A DNA stretch of 64,000 nucleotides. Origin: Malacoraja senta (Eukaryota). The stretch spans positions 14,758,001-14,822,000 of the forward strand of contig CM075988.1 in NCBI GenBank assembly GCA_038087875.1, written 5' to 3'. This document shows positions 22,579 through 34,463 of the stretch, piece after piece. Under the pieces are notes generated by a model. The model saw only the letters and a list, made by a program, of their open reading frames with translations. It was not told the origin of the DNA and made no database searches. Position 1 is the stretch's first letter, and each line of letters begins with the position of its first letter. The position numbers were made by a program, and so were the translations under genes.

Positions 22579-23735
22579 CTTGCACATGTGATGATCACTA
22601 AAAACTGGAGTTGTTGTTTGTTCTTGAGTACCAGTGGAATGCAGTATTACATATCCCATCCCAATAAAAATTAAAGTCAGGTACACAGAAAAATCTGAAA
22701 CAGTAAGTCAGACTGTCAAATGGCACTCACATTGAAGAATTATCACCATGCAACAGATACTTTTGGACTGTGTATAATATAACTGTGGCTCACTTTCAAA
22801 TTACATTATGGAGAAAGCATTATCACAGTGCCATCAATACATAAAACATGCAGTTAATGTTTTGACAGCATTACAGCTGAGTAATGGCTAGGTTGTCTCA
22901 GTAAGCCGAAACCTTGGGCTTCTGGTGTGACCTTACTGCTATTACAGAATGTAAAATCATTCTAGTTTTGTAACCATGGGTTATTTATCTTATTCCAAGC
23001 AGAAATCTTTTCATCCAAGTTGTCATGATGCTTTGTGGCAACTTTTCATTTCAGAGCAATATTGATGAGATGGCCCAAAACCAAAGTGCAGTGTTTGCAG
23101 CACCCATGAAGCAAGCAATTACCCCAATGGTTTTAGCAGATATGACCTCCAGTGCAATGAAGCAAACTAAAATGATGTGCGTTACCAATGCTTGTAGCAT
23201 ATTCCACAATATTAAAATATTAAAAGGTTATTGGGACCCATAAGAGAACTTGATAGATTATTTATTGATTTATTTATTTTAAACCTGCATTTGCTGCAAT
23301 TCTGAAAATAGAAAATGTTGCAAACACTCAGCAGGTTAGGCAACTTCTGAGGAAAGAGGAACAGTTCATATTTTGGGTCTGGTAACTTTTGTCAATCCTG
23401 GATATGAAACATTAACTGTTGCTCTTTCAATTGAAGTACATGGTGAAAATATAGCCAAACATTTCTTTCATGTGGTTGCAAACTTGAAACCTACACTGTT
23501 ATCTATTAATTCACAAATTAAATTTTGGACACACGGCAAGTTAGAATGGACTAATCTATTCTATTCCCCACATTTGATTTTTGAACAATCTGTAATTATT
23601 TCCTGGGTCCATATCAATTGCCAAGTAATGTTCCTCAGTACTCTCAGGAGAGAAAAATCAAGTACTACTTCTGATGGATGCAGATTATTACTCTCATAAT
23701 CTTGGTTAGAATGTAATTGTCCAAATATTTCTTTA

Positions 23736-25535
23736 AGGGTCTGTCTCACTGCGCGAGTTGACCCACGAGTGACCCCGAGTGAAAGACTCGTGGTTGCGTA
23801 CGAGACTACAAGTTTATGATCCAGAGTTTAACCGAGTTCCCACGGGTATGTCTAAGTTTGCCGTGTACTTCTCATTTCTGCGATGTTCCAAGTTCGTCTC
23901 CCGAGTGTACCAAGTTCCTCTCCCGTTAATCTTGAGGCAACAATGTATATCGAAGTGTTGAAAAATTATCACATGTTCAAAAAATGATGTCATGCCAGCC
24001 AAAGAACGTAGAGACTATTGTGTTTGCTGCATGTGTTCTGCACAACCTGATCCATATCAGAGGTGCAGCTTCAGGATCAGCAACAGCCATGCAGGACGGT
24101 GACTTAGTGGACAGTCAAACAGGGAGAATAACACTAGGTGCATGGAGGAGTGGTACAAACGACGAGACTTTGGTGCCACTGCAGTGTTTTCGAGGTAACA
24201 CGGGGACCAACAGTGCAAAAGAGCAGAGAGACCATCTCTGCTCCTACTATAATTCAGAATTGGGCAGTGTGCCGTGGCAGGACAGCTTATTTTGAGCGGC
24301 TGCCGACCACAGGTACATCACTGCATGAGGAGAGCCCACATGCAGAAAAATCCAGTTAATTTCATGTTTAGTTTAAATCCTGCTGACTTTTCTTTGTTTA
24401 ACTTTAAGTGTGGATTTTATTTTTTATTGTGGTGTAAAAGTAATTTCATTGCATCTGTCTTTCCTTTAAAACGTGGTTATCATGCATCTGCTTATCTGAT
24501 TGTAGATCTCAAAACTTGTCATTTAGCGCATTGCATTGTATCTTTTATTGCCTGAATTTAGACGTGCATTTCTCAGCTGAATTAGTATATAGTGGAAATA
24601 CTTTTATTTGTGCTTCATTTGTTGATTTTCATGTATGAGCCCTTTTTCAGACCACTGTGTTGTTTGCTGTGGTGCTCCTTTTCTCAATATGTGCAAAAAA
24701 GCGTTTTTTATATTGAACAAGATGAATAAAGACTTTGTTTCACATTCACCGTGCTGTTTGTCTTATTTTCTGATCTACTGAGAGGGGACAATTTTAAACA
24801 TTTAAAAAGCACAGCATACGAGGCAGCTGAGTCCTTAAATCTCACAAATGATTGTGAGAATCAAGATGTGAATATATTTTGCCTTCCTCTATTTTGTGTT
24901 TTATGATGAAAGGAATATTACATTCAAGTCATGAGACTTTGTAGTGATATTAAAATGAAGACTTCCAGACATCAATTTGATCTTGATAGCAAAGAACTCT
25001 CTTTTATTGTGCAATGAAGTAAACAAAGTGAGAATCAAACGGATCAGCAAAAAGCTTTTCAACACAACACAACACAACACAAATTTATATATAAGCTTCA
25101 AGCAATTTTTTCTTTTCAACCCACTCTGTCACCTTATCAATAACTTGCTTACCTTTGTTAAGCAGAATTTGTCTTTAAAAAGTCTAAGTAACTGATATTT
25201 CTGTCCCTGATTATTGTTTCTAAAAAGAGTTCCCACGGTAGAATCACGAGTCACAAAGTTAAACGCACGGGCCACTACGTTCTTACAACGAGTTTAAAAT
25301 GTTTCAAATTTTAACCTCAAGAGTACATTTTACTCGTGGAAAAGTTCAAACATGTTTGAACTTTTGCAAGAGTTAACAAGTTTCACGTGTACCTCCCGTT
25401 AGCGCCAAGAGTCGCTAAGTTGCGTCCACGAGTTCCGACGTTCCCGCTACGTTAATTGTACGTGATTACCATGAGTTAAATTTGTTTTAAACTCGGGGTC
25501 ACTCGTGGGTCAACTCGCACAGTGAGACAGCCCTT
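23736..25535 (+). mobile_element. Internally deleted PIF/Harbinger DNA transposon
   Basis: TIRs of about 45 bp (agggtctgtctcactgcgcgagttgacccacgagtgaccccgagt and its complement at the right end). TTA TSD at 23733-23735 and 25536-25538. CpG-rich subterminal cgagt repeats and a transposase remnant. Confidence 0.92.
23984..24295 (+). pseudogene. Harbinger (DDE_Tnp_4 / HARBI1-like) transposase C-terminal remnant
   Basis: IVFAACVLHNLI...AKEQRDHLCSYYNSELGSVPWQ* matches the characteristic Harbinger transposase end. AATAAA lies downstream near 24725. Confidence 0.85.
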
Positions 25536-25823
25536 TTAGGCTGCAGTAAAATGAGTATCAAACAATAGATCACTTCATCTGCACAATTGAAAGAGAACAG
25601 AGTTAAAATATCTTGTTCCTTTTTTATCCCATTCCAAACAAAAATATAGGAAGCGTCGCTGTATAAAATTTCTGCCTGTCTCTCCAACAACTGATGAAGC
25701 ATTCCTGCAAGCAAATAATATTCAAATACGGTCATAATCTCCATTGAATGGTCTCCGAATGAACAATATCTTCCTAGATTGCATTTTGTTTGAAAATATT
25801 TTTGAAGGGGTCGATAAGAGCCA

Positions 25824-26275
25824 CTCATTTATAGTTAAAAAATCAATCGTAACATTAAATTAACAGAGGAAGAAGAGTGAAACTCATTTAAAGTTTATAC
25901 AAAGGGTTTGTAGAAAAGTCAATGCACTGCAATATATTTCAGCAAAATGTTGGCCATTCAAAATGAAGCATCAGCTAACAATGTCCAATTAGTCTCGTGT
26001 TTTTATTTTTTAAATTAAGATTTTTGCTCAACTAAAAATATACAGATTACAGAAGGACTTGCACCAGATCAAATTATATACAGATTAAATTTGTGGATGT
26101 TGGTCATCATATTGGACATTATTAACCAAGGCTTCACTTTACATGGCCAACAGTCCATTGAAATATATTGCAATGCATTGACTTTTCTACAAACCCTTGT
26201 ATGAACTTTAAATGAGGTTCACTGTCCCTCCTATGATAAATTACTGTCACTATTGACCATTTAACTATTAATGAG
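25824..26275. repeat. Long imperfect inverted repeat (arms ~165 bp, spacer ~120 bp), family unknown
   Basis: Arms at 25824-25989 and 26111-26275. The core aagggtttgtagaaaagtcaatgcactgcaatatatttca matches its partner at 39 of 40 positions. Confidence 0.85.
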
Positions 26276-26337
26276 CGTTCCTCACACAGATCTTCACAGC
26301 CTGTTTATGCCCAGACAACCCTGGAGATAAAGGCAAG

Positions 26338-26545
26338 AGAAGGAACTTCAGATGCTAGTTCATACCGAAGATAGACACAAAATGCTGGAGCAACTCAGTG
26401 GGTCAGGCAGCATCTCTGCAGTTCAGTTTTTGAACTGAGGGGCTCCAACATGAAACGACACCTATACTTTTTCTCCAGAGGCGCGTTACTCTAGCATTTT
26501 GTGTCTATCTTTGGTATAAACCAGCATCTGCAGTTCCTTCCTGTA
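26338..26545. repeat. Fold-back Penelope-derived mini-element (older, no clear TSD)
   Basis: aaggaacttcagatgct...gatagacacaaaatgct pairs with agcattttgtgtctatc...agcatctgcagttcctt. Confidence 0.75.
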
Positions 26546-27779
26546 CATTTTGTCTGCTCCATAGTGAAAGCTCCTCAAAATACTTTGAAGACGTTCCCTC
26601 TTCTCTCCAACAGTTCTGCAACACCTTCACTCACTGCATCTCCTCTGTGATTCCTACAGGATGAACTGACTTCATTAGCTGCAAAGTGCTTGAACATGCA
26701 GAGATCATGAAAAGGTTTCATATAAATATATAATTATTTATTCATCCAATTTTTGGTGAGATTAGCTTGCAATATTAATTATCCATCTCATAATAAGTGA
26801 GGCCCAATGAATTTGATGCTGTGTGGGAAATTGTTCACAATTTTTCCCTACCTTGTAGTTCAAGTTTTGAGGTTAATCCTGTCATTAAACATTGTTTGGA
26901 GCTTTATCTCCACAACATGAGGAAAAGAAGTAGTTTCAGAAAAAGACACACTGATTAAATTCCAGTTGACAATTCTCAGCTGCCAACATTTCTTAAATTG
27001 TACAGTTTTAGATAAGTTGAAAGCCTAACATCATTTGGCAGTCAACTTTCTATTGACTGGGCTTGTGCAAGTGATCCCACTACATACTGGGAATTAAAGC
27101 TTTCTGATCAGATATGTTCCACCCTAATTGATATCTATATTCCATTTATTTCAAAATTGACATCCTCCCGAAATTAAAGGCCACATTAGACTTTGGCTGA
27201 AGCAGCAGAGATATATAATAATTCAGAGCACGCTTGCTGCCAGCAAAAAATGAACAGAATCCTTAAGTTCATGTACTGCAAAGAACAGCCATTAACAGAA
27301 AACATGCTTGCAATAGGTAACATTCCTTTCTCAGCCACTTTCTTAATTTGATCACATTTCATCTGCGATTCCAATTTTGTAATTAATAGCGAGAGATTGT
27401 CAAGGGATTGCTAATTATTTTGGTTTCCTAGTAAAACATTCCATAAGCTGCTAATTACAATTTACTTAACCTGCTTGTTTTTGTGACTAGTTGAAATTCA
27501 TAGGCAAAAAAATGCAGAAATAATTGTGTGAATTAAAATTTCAGGATATCAGTGATGCCAAAACCACATAGAATATAGCCTGCAAATTCCAATCATATTG
27601 CATTTATAATATGTTCTAAGTATTTGTCCTTTGGGGTTTACATCATTATTTTCTGTGATAGAGGAATTTTTTTTGCAGTGATCTAGAGGCTACTATTTGG
27701 CCCATCAAGGCAATGCTCACTTGCCAAGCATAGACTTTTCGCCAAATACTTACATTTGATCTGCGGAGGCCTTTTTGAT

Positions 27780-28272
27780 CTTGCAGTTGCTGACTATTTT
27801 AACTCCTCTTCCCATTCTGATATTTCTGTCCTCGACTCCTTCTGCTGCCAGTGGGCCGCAAACAAACCAGAGGAACAGCACTTCATATTCCACTTGGGCA
27901 GCTTACAACCCAATGGTGTGAATGTTGAAATCTCCAATTTTAGGTGCCAATTAACCGACCAACCCCTTCTGCCTGCATTCCTTCCTCTAGCTTCACAATT
28001 TGTATCTCTTCTGTCTCACACCTAATCTTTTCATATCTGGCCTTGGTCCAACCATCTGCCTATCAAACCCACCCCTCAGCTGTATCCACCTATTACTTGC
28101 CAGGCTTTGCCCTGTGTCCCCCGCTCTTCCAGCTTTCTCTCCCCGCCACAATCAGTCTGAAGAAGGATCCCAATCAAAAACAACACCTATCATGTTCTCC
28201 AGAGCCTGACCAGCTGAGTTACTCCAGCACTTTGTATCTTTTTTGTTAAGCAGCATCTGTAGCTCCTTGTTC
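27780..28272 (+). mobile_element. Penelope-like element 3' end (GIY-YIG endonuclease C-terminus and terminal repeat)
   Basis: EEQHFIFHLGSLQPNGVNVEISNF is typical of the PLE GIY-YIG end. It is followed by a pyrimidine-rich UTR and cagtctgaagaagga...gagttactccagcac. Confidence 0.85.
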
Positions 28273-28914
28273 CCAGTTTCAGAATAATCTTCTTCCTCTC
28301 CCTGCAACCCATTCTCTCTCATTTGCCCATCAATTTCATCCAATTGTCTTCACACATTAAGAGTATTTTACATTTCATTAAGACCAACTAACCAACCAGC
28401 TGGGTTGTTGGATGTGGAAACCGAAGTACCTAAAGGAGAATGTGCAAACTCCACACAGACAGCACCTTGAGGTCAAGGTTTGAACCGGGTCGCAAACACC
28501 ACGGATCTTGTGTATTTCTTCTGTGAATCCTGCAGGGGCTGGGCTGTGAATAACAAATATGTAGGTACATATGATGTAGGTACAGGCTCCAGTATAATCA
28601 TGCCATGTTCTTAGCAGTGAGATCATCATGCTAGGTCTGTTTTTCGACTGGTCAGGGACCAGTGCTATTAACATCAAGTTGTTGCCACGAACACAGCTCT
28701 CAATAAAGGCTAATGATTAGGATAAAAAGCAAGAATAACTCCAGAACAGATTGTGATCATGCCTGACACGTGAAGATCAACATCAACCAATCCACCGCAT
28801 GATTTAGGTGATCTTAGACTCGATTTGGAAATGCAGTAAGGGAAAGAGTTGTCATGTACAACTGCCGACCCAAGTACAGATAAAATATTCATGCCAAATT
28901 TTGTCCATGTAAAG

Positions 28915-29360
28915 AACAATCCAGCACAGGAACGGGCCCTTCAGCCACAATGTTTGTGCCAAACATGATACAGAGTTAAACTGATTTTATCTGCCTGTAC
29001 ATAATCAATATCATCATATTCCTTGAACTTCCATGTGCCCATTTAAAAGCCTTTTAAACGCCACTGCCATATCTGCCTCCAATACCACTCCTGGCAGTGC
29101 GTTCCAGGTCCCTGCTCTCTAAAAATAAACTTGCCCTGGACATCTCCATTCAACTTCCCCCCTCTCACCTTATAACTATGTCCTCTAGTGTTAGACATTT
29201 CCACCCTGAGAAAAATGTTCTGATCGTCTATCTGATCTATGCTTCTCAAATTTTTATATACTTCTATCATTTCCCCTCAACTTCCGACATTCCAGAGAAA
29301 ACAAACCACGTCTATCCAACCTCTCCTTGTAGCTGAAACCCTCTCATTCAGGTAGCATTC
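28915..29360 (-). mobile_element. Old CR1 3' fragment
   Basis: MIEVYKNLRSIDQID...SNTRGHSYKVRG on the minus strand. Confidence 0.8.
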
Positions 29361-29739
29361 TGACAAAATGGATCTTTATAAAGTGAGAATTCTGGACATT
29401 GATAAACAAATTCTACCTCAATGATCCTGTTGAAAAAAATGTTCAACCTCTAAAAGGTTACCTTATAAACAATTGGCTCAGTGTTAGAATGACATTTCCA
29501 TTCAACTCGTTTATAGAAAGTAGGCACAGAAAACGTTATTTACAACGTAAAGGCCACTCGAAATTACTTAATAGACATGTGTGTTTGTTATAATTAGAAA
29601 ATCCAGCAGCCAAATATTCCAAAGTGCCAAGTTCCCAGATGCAGCAATATGAAAGAGATCCGTTCTGAGACTTCTGTATTATGCATTTGTTAGGGCATGT
29701 TGCACTGTGCAATCTATTGCATCTGGGTAGAGAGGAAAT

Positions 29740-29855
29740 TAAGATGGGATCTCATCATCCAAAACATGTGCACTACCAACAGTGCAGTGTACCCTCAGTA
29801 CTGCACTGAAATGGAAGTTTGAATTAGTCAGGCTGGGGCCTGAACTCACACCACT
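29740..29855 (-). repeat. Possible DeuSINE (SacSINE1/AmnSINE1-like) remnant
   Basis: acagtgcagtgtaccctcagtactgcactg resembles, from memory, the Deu-SINE motif gacagtgcagcactccctcagtactgcactg. Confidence 0.45.
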
Positions 29856-30251
29856 GTCCCTGCAGATCCACATACCTTGAAAGGAGAAAACCCAATGAAC
29901 CAAGGCATAGAACAGTACATCACTGGAATAGGTCATTCAGTCCAGAATGTCTGTTCTAAACATGATGGCAAATATAACTAATCCTGCACATGATCCATTT
30001 CCCTCCTGTCACTGCATATTCATGTGCCCATCTAAAGGTCTTTTAAACGCTGCTATCGTATCTGCTTCCACTCCCAGAAGAGCATTCCAGGCATGTAACA
30101 CTCTCAATGTAAAAACAGCTTGTGCTGCACATTTCCTTTAAACATGCCCCTCTGACCTTAAAACTACGCCCTCTCGTGTTTATCGTTTCCATTATTGGAA
30201 AAGGGTTCCGACTGTAATTTTCTCCATGTAATTGCTTCGCCAGTAAATTTA

Positions 30252-30555
30252 GCCTTTACTTGAGACTTGAGATGCAGTGCGGAAACAGGTTCTTCAGCCC
30301 TCCGAGTCTGTGCCAACAAGCGTTCATGCTGTACACTAGCTCTATCCTACACATTAGGAACAATTTATAATTTTTACCAAAGCTAATGAACCAACAAACC
30401 TGCACGTCTTTGGAATGTGGGAGGAAACCGGAGCACCCGGAGAAAACCCATGCAGTCACAGGGAGAACGCACAAACAATACCCATAGTCAGGATCGAACC
30501 CGGGTCCCTGGCGCTGGATGGGAGCAACTCACCCGCTGCGCCACCATGCCACCCC
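30252..30555 (-). mobile_element. HE1-like tRNA-derived (V-)SINE
   Basis: Minus strand shows A-box tggcgcagcgg, B-box ggttcgatcc, V-domain gggttttctccgggtgctccggtttcctcccacattccaaagac and a CR1-like tail. Confidence 0.85.
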
Positions 30556-31349
30556 TGAAAATGGAAACTGCAGAAGGAAAGTGAGCATCACTGCAAAACC
30601 AAGATTTTCCATAATGCTAATTCCTGTGATGCTAGATAATCCCATTAAATCTCTCTTATAGACAAGAGAGCGGCCTGTTCAATATTTAGAATTTACATAT
30701 CTATACTTAAATTGAGAGACTAAACATAAATCAACAGAAATAAATGACACGGAATGCTAAATCCTACTTAATCCTAGAAATTATATTTTCTAAAGATGTA
30801 GCAGTTACGCACCAATAATCACTTTATTAAATTCATTTTCAAAAGAGTATTTGCTTAACAGAGACATATTAATTTTTGGAATGAATAATGATTATTTGCA
30901 CGAAGAGATGCATTTCTTAGTGTTAGATAATGTTGTTTATGTAAAATATGAGAAAAGTAATCAAAAGAGGAAAATGAACATTGTTCAGTTAATGTTTTGG
31001 CTCATATATCATTTCTCTGGAGACAGATTAGTTGTAGTCCTTTAAAATGCTGAATGTCTCCAAAGGCAAAGGCATTTATAAAAGAGGATTCAGATGATCA
31101 TAATCAGTGACAAATTTACCCCCTTCAAACAGGGGTAGTGGAGGGGATAAATTATGATCACCGAGGACACTGACAGTGTTGCCAAAAATTATAATCGGAT
31201 AAATTAGGATCTGGGGAGTCAATGTCAATAATGCTTATTCAACAAACTCCAACATTTTATAACATAACATGAGACTTGGAGGGGAATCTAGAAGTGGTGG
31301 TGTTCCCATTGGTTTGTTGCAGTTGTTCCCCTGGGTAAAGTCAGGGCTT

Positions 31350-31603
31350 TGTTTAGTTTAGAGATACAGCATGGAAACAGGCCATCCAGCCCGCCGATCA
31401 CACTTTCACATTAGTTCAATGTGATCCCACTTCCTACACATTTGGGCCAATTAACCAACAAACCCACACATCTTTGCGATACAGGAGGAAACCCATGCGG
31501 TCACAGGAAGATCGTGCAAACTCCACACGGGAAACATCCAAGGTCAGAATCAAACCCAGGTCTCTGGTGATGTGAGGTAGCTACTCTATCGGCTGTGGCA
31601 CCC
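31350..31603 (-). mobile_element. HE1-like SINE (diverged)
   Basis: tttagtttagagatacagcatggaaacaggcc...aaactccacac...ggtcagaatcaaacccagg. Confidence 0.7.
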
Positions 31604-32154
31604 TGTTTCGGAGGTGATGCCAGTGTAGCACCTTAGATGGAAGACTTCAAAGTCCAAGAATAACTAGTAGCATCACCACTGACCGACCAGCCCAAATAAT
31701 ATAGCTATTAGACTGATAAAACAGGTTACATTTATGCAATTTAATCATGGGCATCTTGTGGCAGCTAACTTGAATGGCAATTCCCTCTATCAGTGACATA
31801 GGCCTGCTACTGCTTAAAATATTGACAAGATGCAGTGGAGAAATTAGCCAAAAAAAGCCTGCGATCTTTACCACAATAGAAGGACATGGGGCAGTAGACA
31901 CAGTGGGGGATCTAGAGGTGGCATTCTTCGCCCAAGTCACTCACCATCTTGACATGGAAGTGCATCACTGTTGCCTTTACTTTATCATCATTGGATCCAA
32001 ATACAGATTCTCCTTCACTGGTTTGTGGAGTACCTTCACCACTAATTGCAAAAATCAAGCTTTCCCAGGCAATCCCCCCACCCTACCCCACCCCAAGTGC
32101 GCTGTTAGTGAAATAATTATTTTTAGAGGGCTGGGTGGGTTTCCTCCTACATGA

Positions 32155-32470
32155 CAGCATGGTGGCACAGCGGTAGAGTTGCTGCCTCACAAGCGAATGC
32201 AGCGCCGGAGATCCGGGTTCGAACCTGACTATGGGTGCTGTCTGAACGGAATTTGTACTTTCTCCCTGTGAGCTGTGTGGGTTTTCTCCGAGATCTTCGG
32301 TTTCCTCCCACACTCCAAAGACGTACAGGTATGTAGGTTGATTGGCTTGGTAAATGTTAAAAAATGTCCCTAGTGGGTATAGGATAGTGTTAATGTGCGG
32401 AGATCGCTGGTCGGCGCGGAGCCGGTGGGCCAAACGGGCCTGTTTCCACGCTGTATCTCTAAACTTAACT
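32155..32470 (+). mobile_element. HE1-like SINE, full length
   Basis: A-box tggcacagcgg, B-box ggttcgaacc, V-domain, tail gggcctgtttccacgctgtatctctaaac. Confidence 0.9.
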
Positions 32471-33564
32471 AACATAAGTAGTGCCATTACATCTTTGATT
32501 AAGAAGACATTATTTTTCCAACTTTAATCTTGGTTGGTCACTGATATTGTTTGATTTCAATTGTATACACAGTAAGTGACGTACAGTGGATGTCTGCCGT
32601 CCATTGGAATTATTCTAATTTCTGGTGACATTTTATACAACAAACTGACACCAACCTTCTTTTAATATGCGACTATGCAATCTACCCCAAACAGAGAGTG
32701 CTACCCTGCAGTTCTGATTACTTGGTTATTTTTTTAAATTGTCATATTCACTATTAATTTGCTAGTAAATGCTGAGGCAAAGAAATTATTCATACACAAT
32801 AAGTGCTAATGCTCCAGGGAATATTGAGGAATAGAGAGACCATAGTGTACAAGTCTAAGAATCCCTGCAGATGGCAGAATAGGTAAATAAAAGACAGATA
32901 TGAAAGCACACAGAATATTTGCCTTCTTTGCCTTGATCCTGCACAGAGTGTGGGGTCAAGGAGTTATGGGATGACTTGTCTGCACCAACCAGTACCCTTT
33001 CAAAGCATATTTGTCAAAGGCATTGCTAAAACTCATGTAGGCAATGTCCACCATTCTGCCCTCATCAATTCTATTGCTGGTCTTTAAAAAAAAATTCCCA
33101 TGCATAAAACCATGCTGACTATTTTCTACGATAATTCTACTCTACATTTTTAAAACATTTTCTATACTTGTTGTATTTCTGACATATCTGTATCGGTTTC
33201 TTTTCAGAGAGAGTTTTGCCATTTCTTTACTCATCCATGGCAGCTATTACAGCAGCAAGTACAAACCAAAAATATTTCATTGGTTTTGAAAGACATTATA
33301 AATGCAGCTGCCTTCTCCCCCGAATGTTAGTACAGGCCATTTCTGCTGCCAGGCTGTGGTAGTCTGCATTCAAACACATCGGCATTTCAAAGATGATACA
33401 TTCCTGCTTTGAGCATTACCCATTACAACACTGATGCGATTATCGGTCCTCAGGCTCAAATCATTTTGCCTCCAAGTGACATTGTTAAACATTTTCCTTC
33501 TCTCCGCAGCATATGTTCTTTTCACAGCAATTGGAGACGAGAGAAAAATATAAATCAGAGTAAT

Positions 33565-33895
33565 ACAGCACAGAAAACAAGCCCTTTGGCATAACAAGTC
33601 CATGACAACCAAGCACATACTTATACAAATCCAATTTCTTTTTTTGCCCACATTCCTCATCAATTCCCATAAGATACTGCCCTTCATATACACTCTAGGG
33701 CAATTTACACTGGTCAATTTACCTTAACAACCCACATATCTTTGTGATACGAGAGGAAACCAGAGCACCAGAGGAAACCCAGGTGGTCACTTGGATAATG
33801 TGCTTGTTAACCCAGATGGCCCTGAAGGTCCAGATTGGACCAGAATCTCTGGAGCTGCGAGGCAGCAACTCTACCCCCTGCACCACTGAACCACC
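33565..33895 (-). mobile_element. HE1-like SINE (diverged)
   Basis: gaggaaaccagagcaccagaggaaaccc...gaggcagcaactctacc. Confidence 0.7.
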
Positions 33896-34463
33896 AAAAT
33901 GGTGTATCCATGATTTCACCCTTGATGCCTCATGACAACATTCCAGAAATCTACTATTCTGATCACTGCACCAAGATATCACGAGTTACTTTATTAAGGA
34001 CATCAGAGGCAAGATAAAAGGGAATTGAATATCAAGTCCTCTGTTGCAGAACATTGAAAAGACACATATTTAATAATGGTGGCATGGGTTTTATTATCAT
34101 TTCTGCATAGCTGTACTACTGCTAGAACTCTGCTGTGACTTCCAAGTTGTTATCCCTCACTGGGCTATCTAGGAAGCTTGCCAAGATGGACAAGTTAGAT
34201 ATAGTAGAAGAACCACAACCCATCCAGTGAAATGCAGATTGCAAGGATGCAGGAAAGGAAAATAAGTTGCATTATTTCCATATTCTGTGCTGTGTTTACT
34301 ATTTACAATTATTTAAATATTTAATCTTATTTAATATTTCTTTATAAAGATCATTTGCAGATTTCAGAGACATTCACATGCAGCTGACAAAGCAGTGGGT
34401 ACAAGATTGTCGGCTTTTTAAGAAAAACAGCATGGAAACAGGCCCTTTGGCCCATTGATTCGG

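Noticed and set aside
32155..32235. tRNA-like A/B boxes
   Set aside because: Head of a tRNA-derived SINE, followed by the V-domain and LINE tail; not a tRNA gene. The same applies to the other copies.
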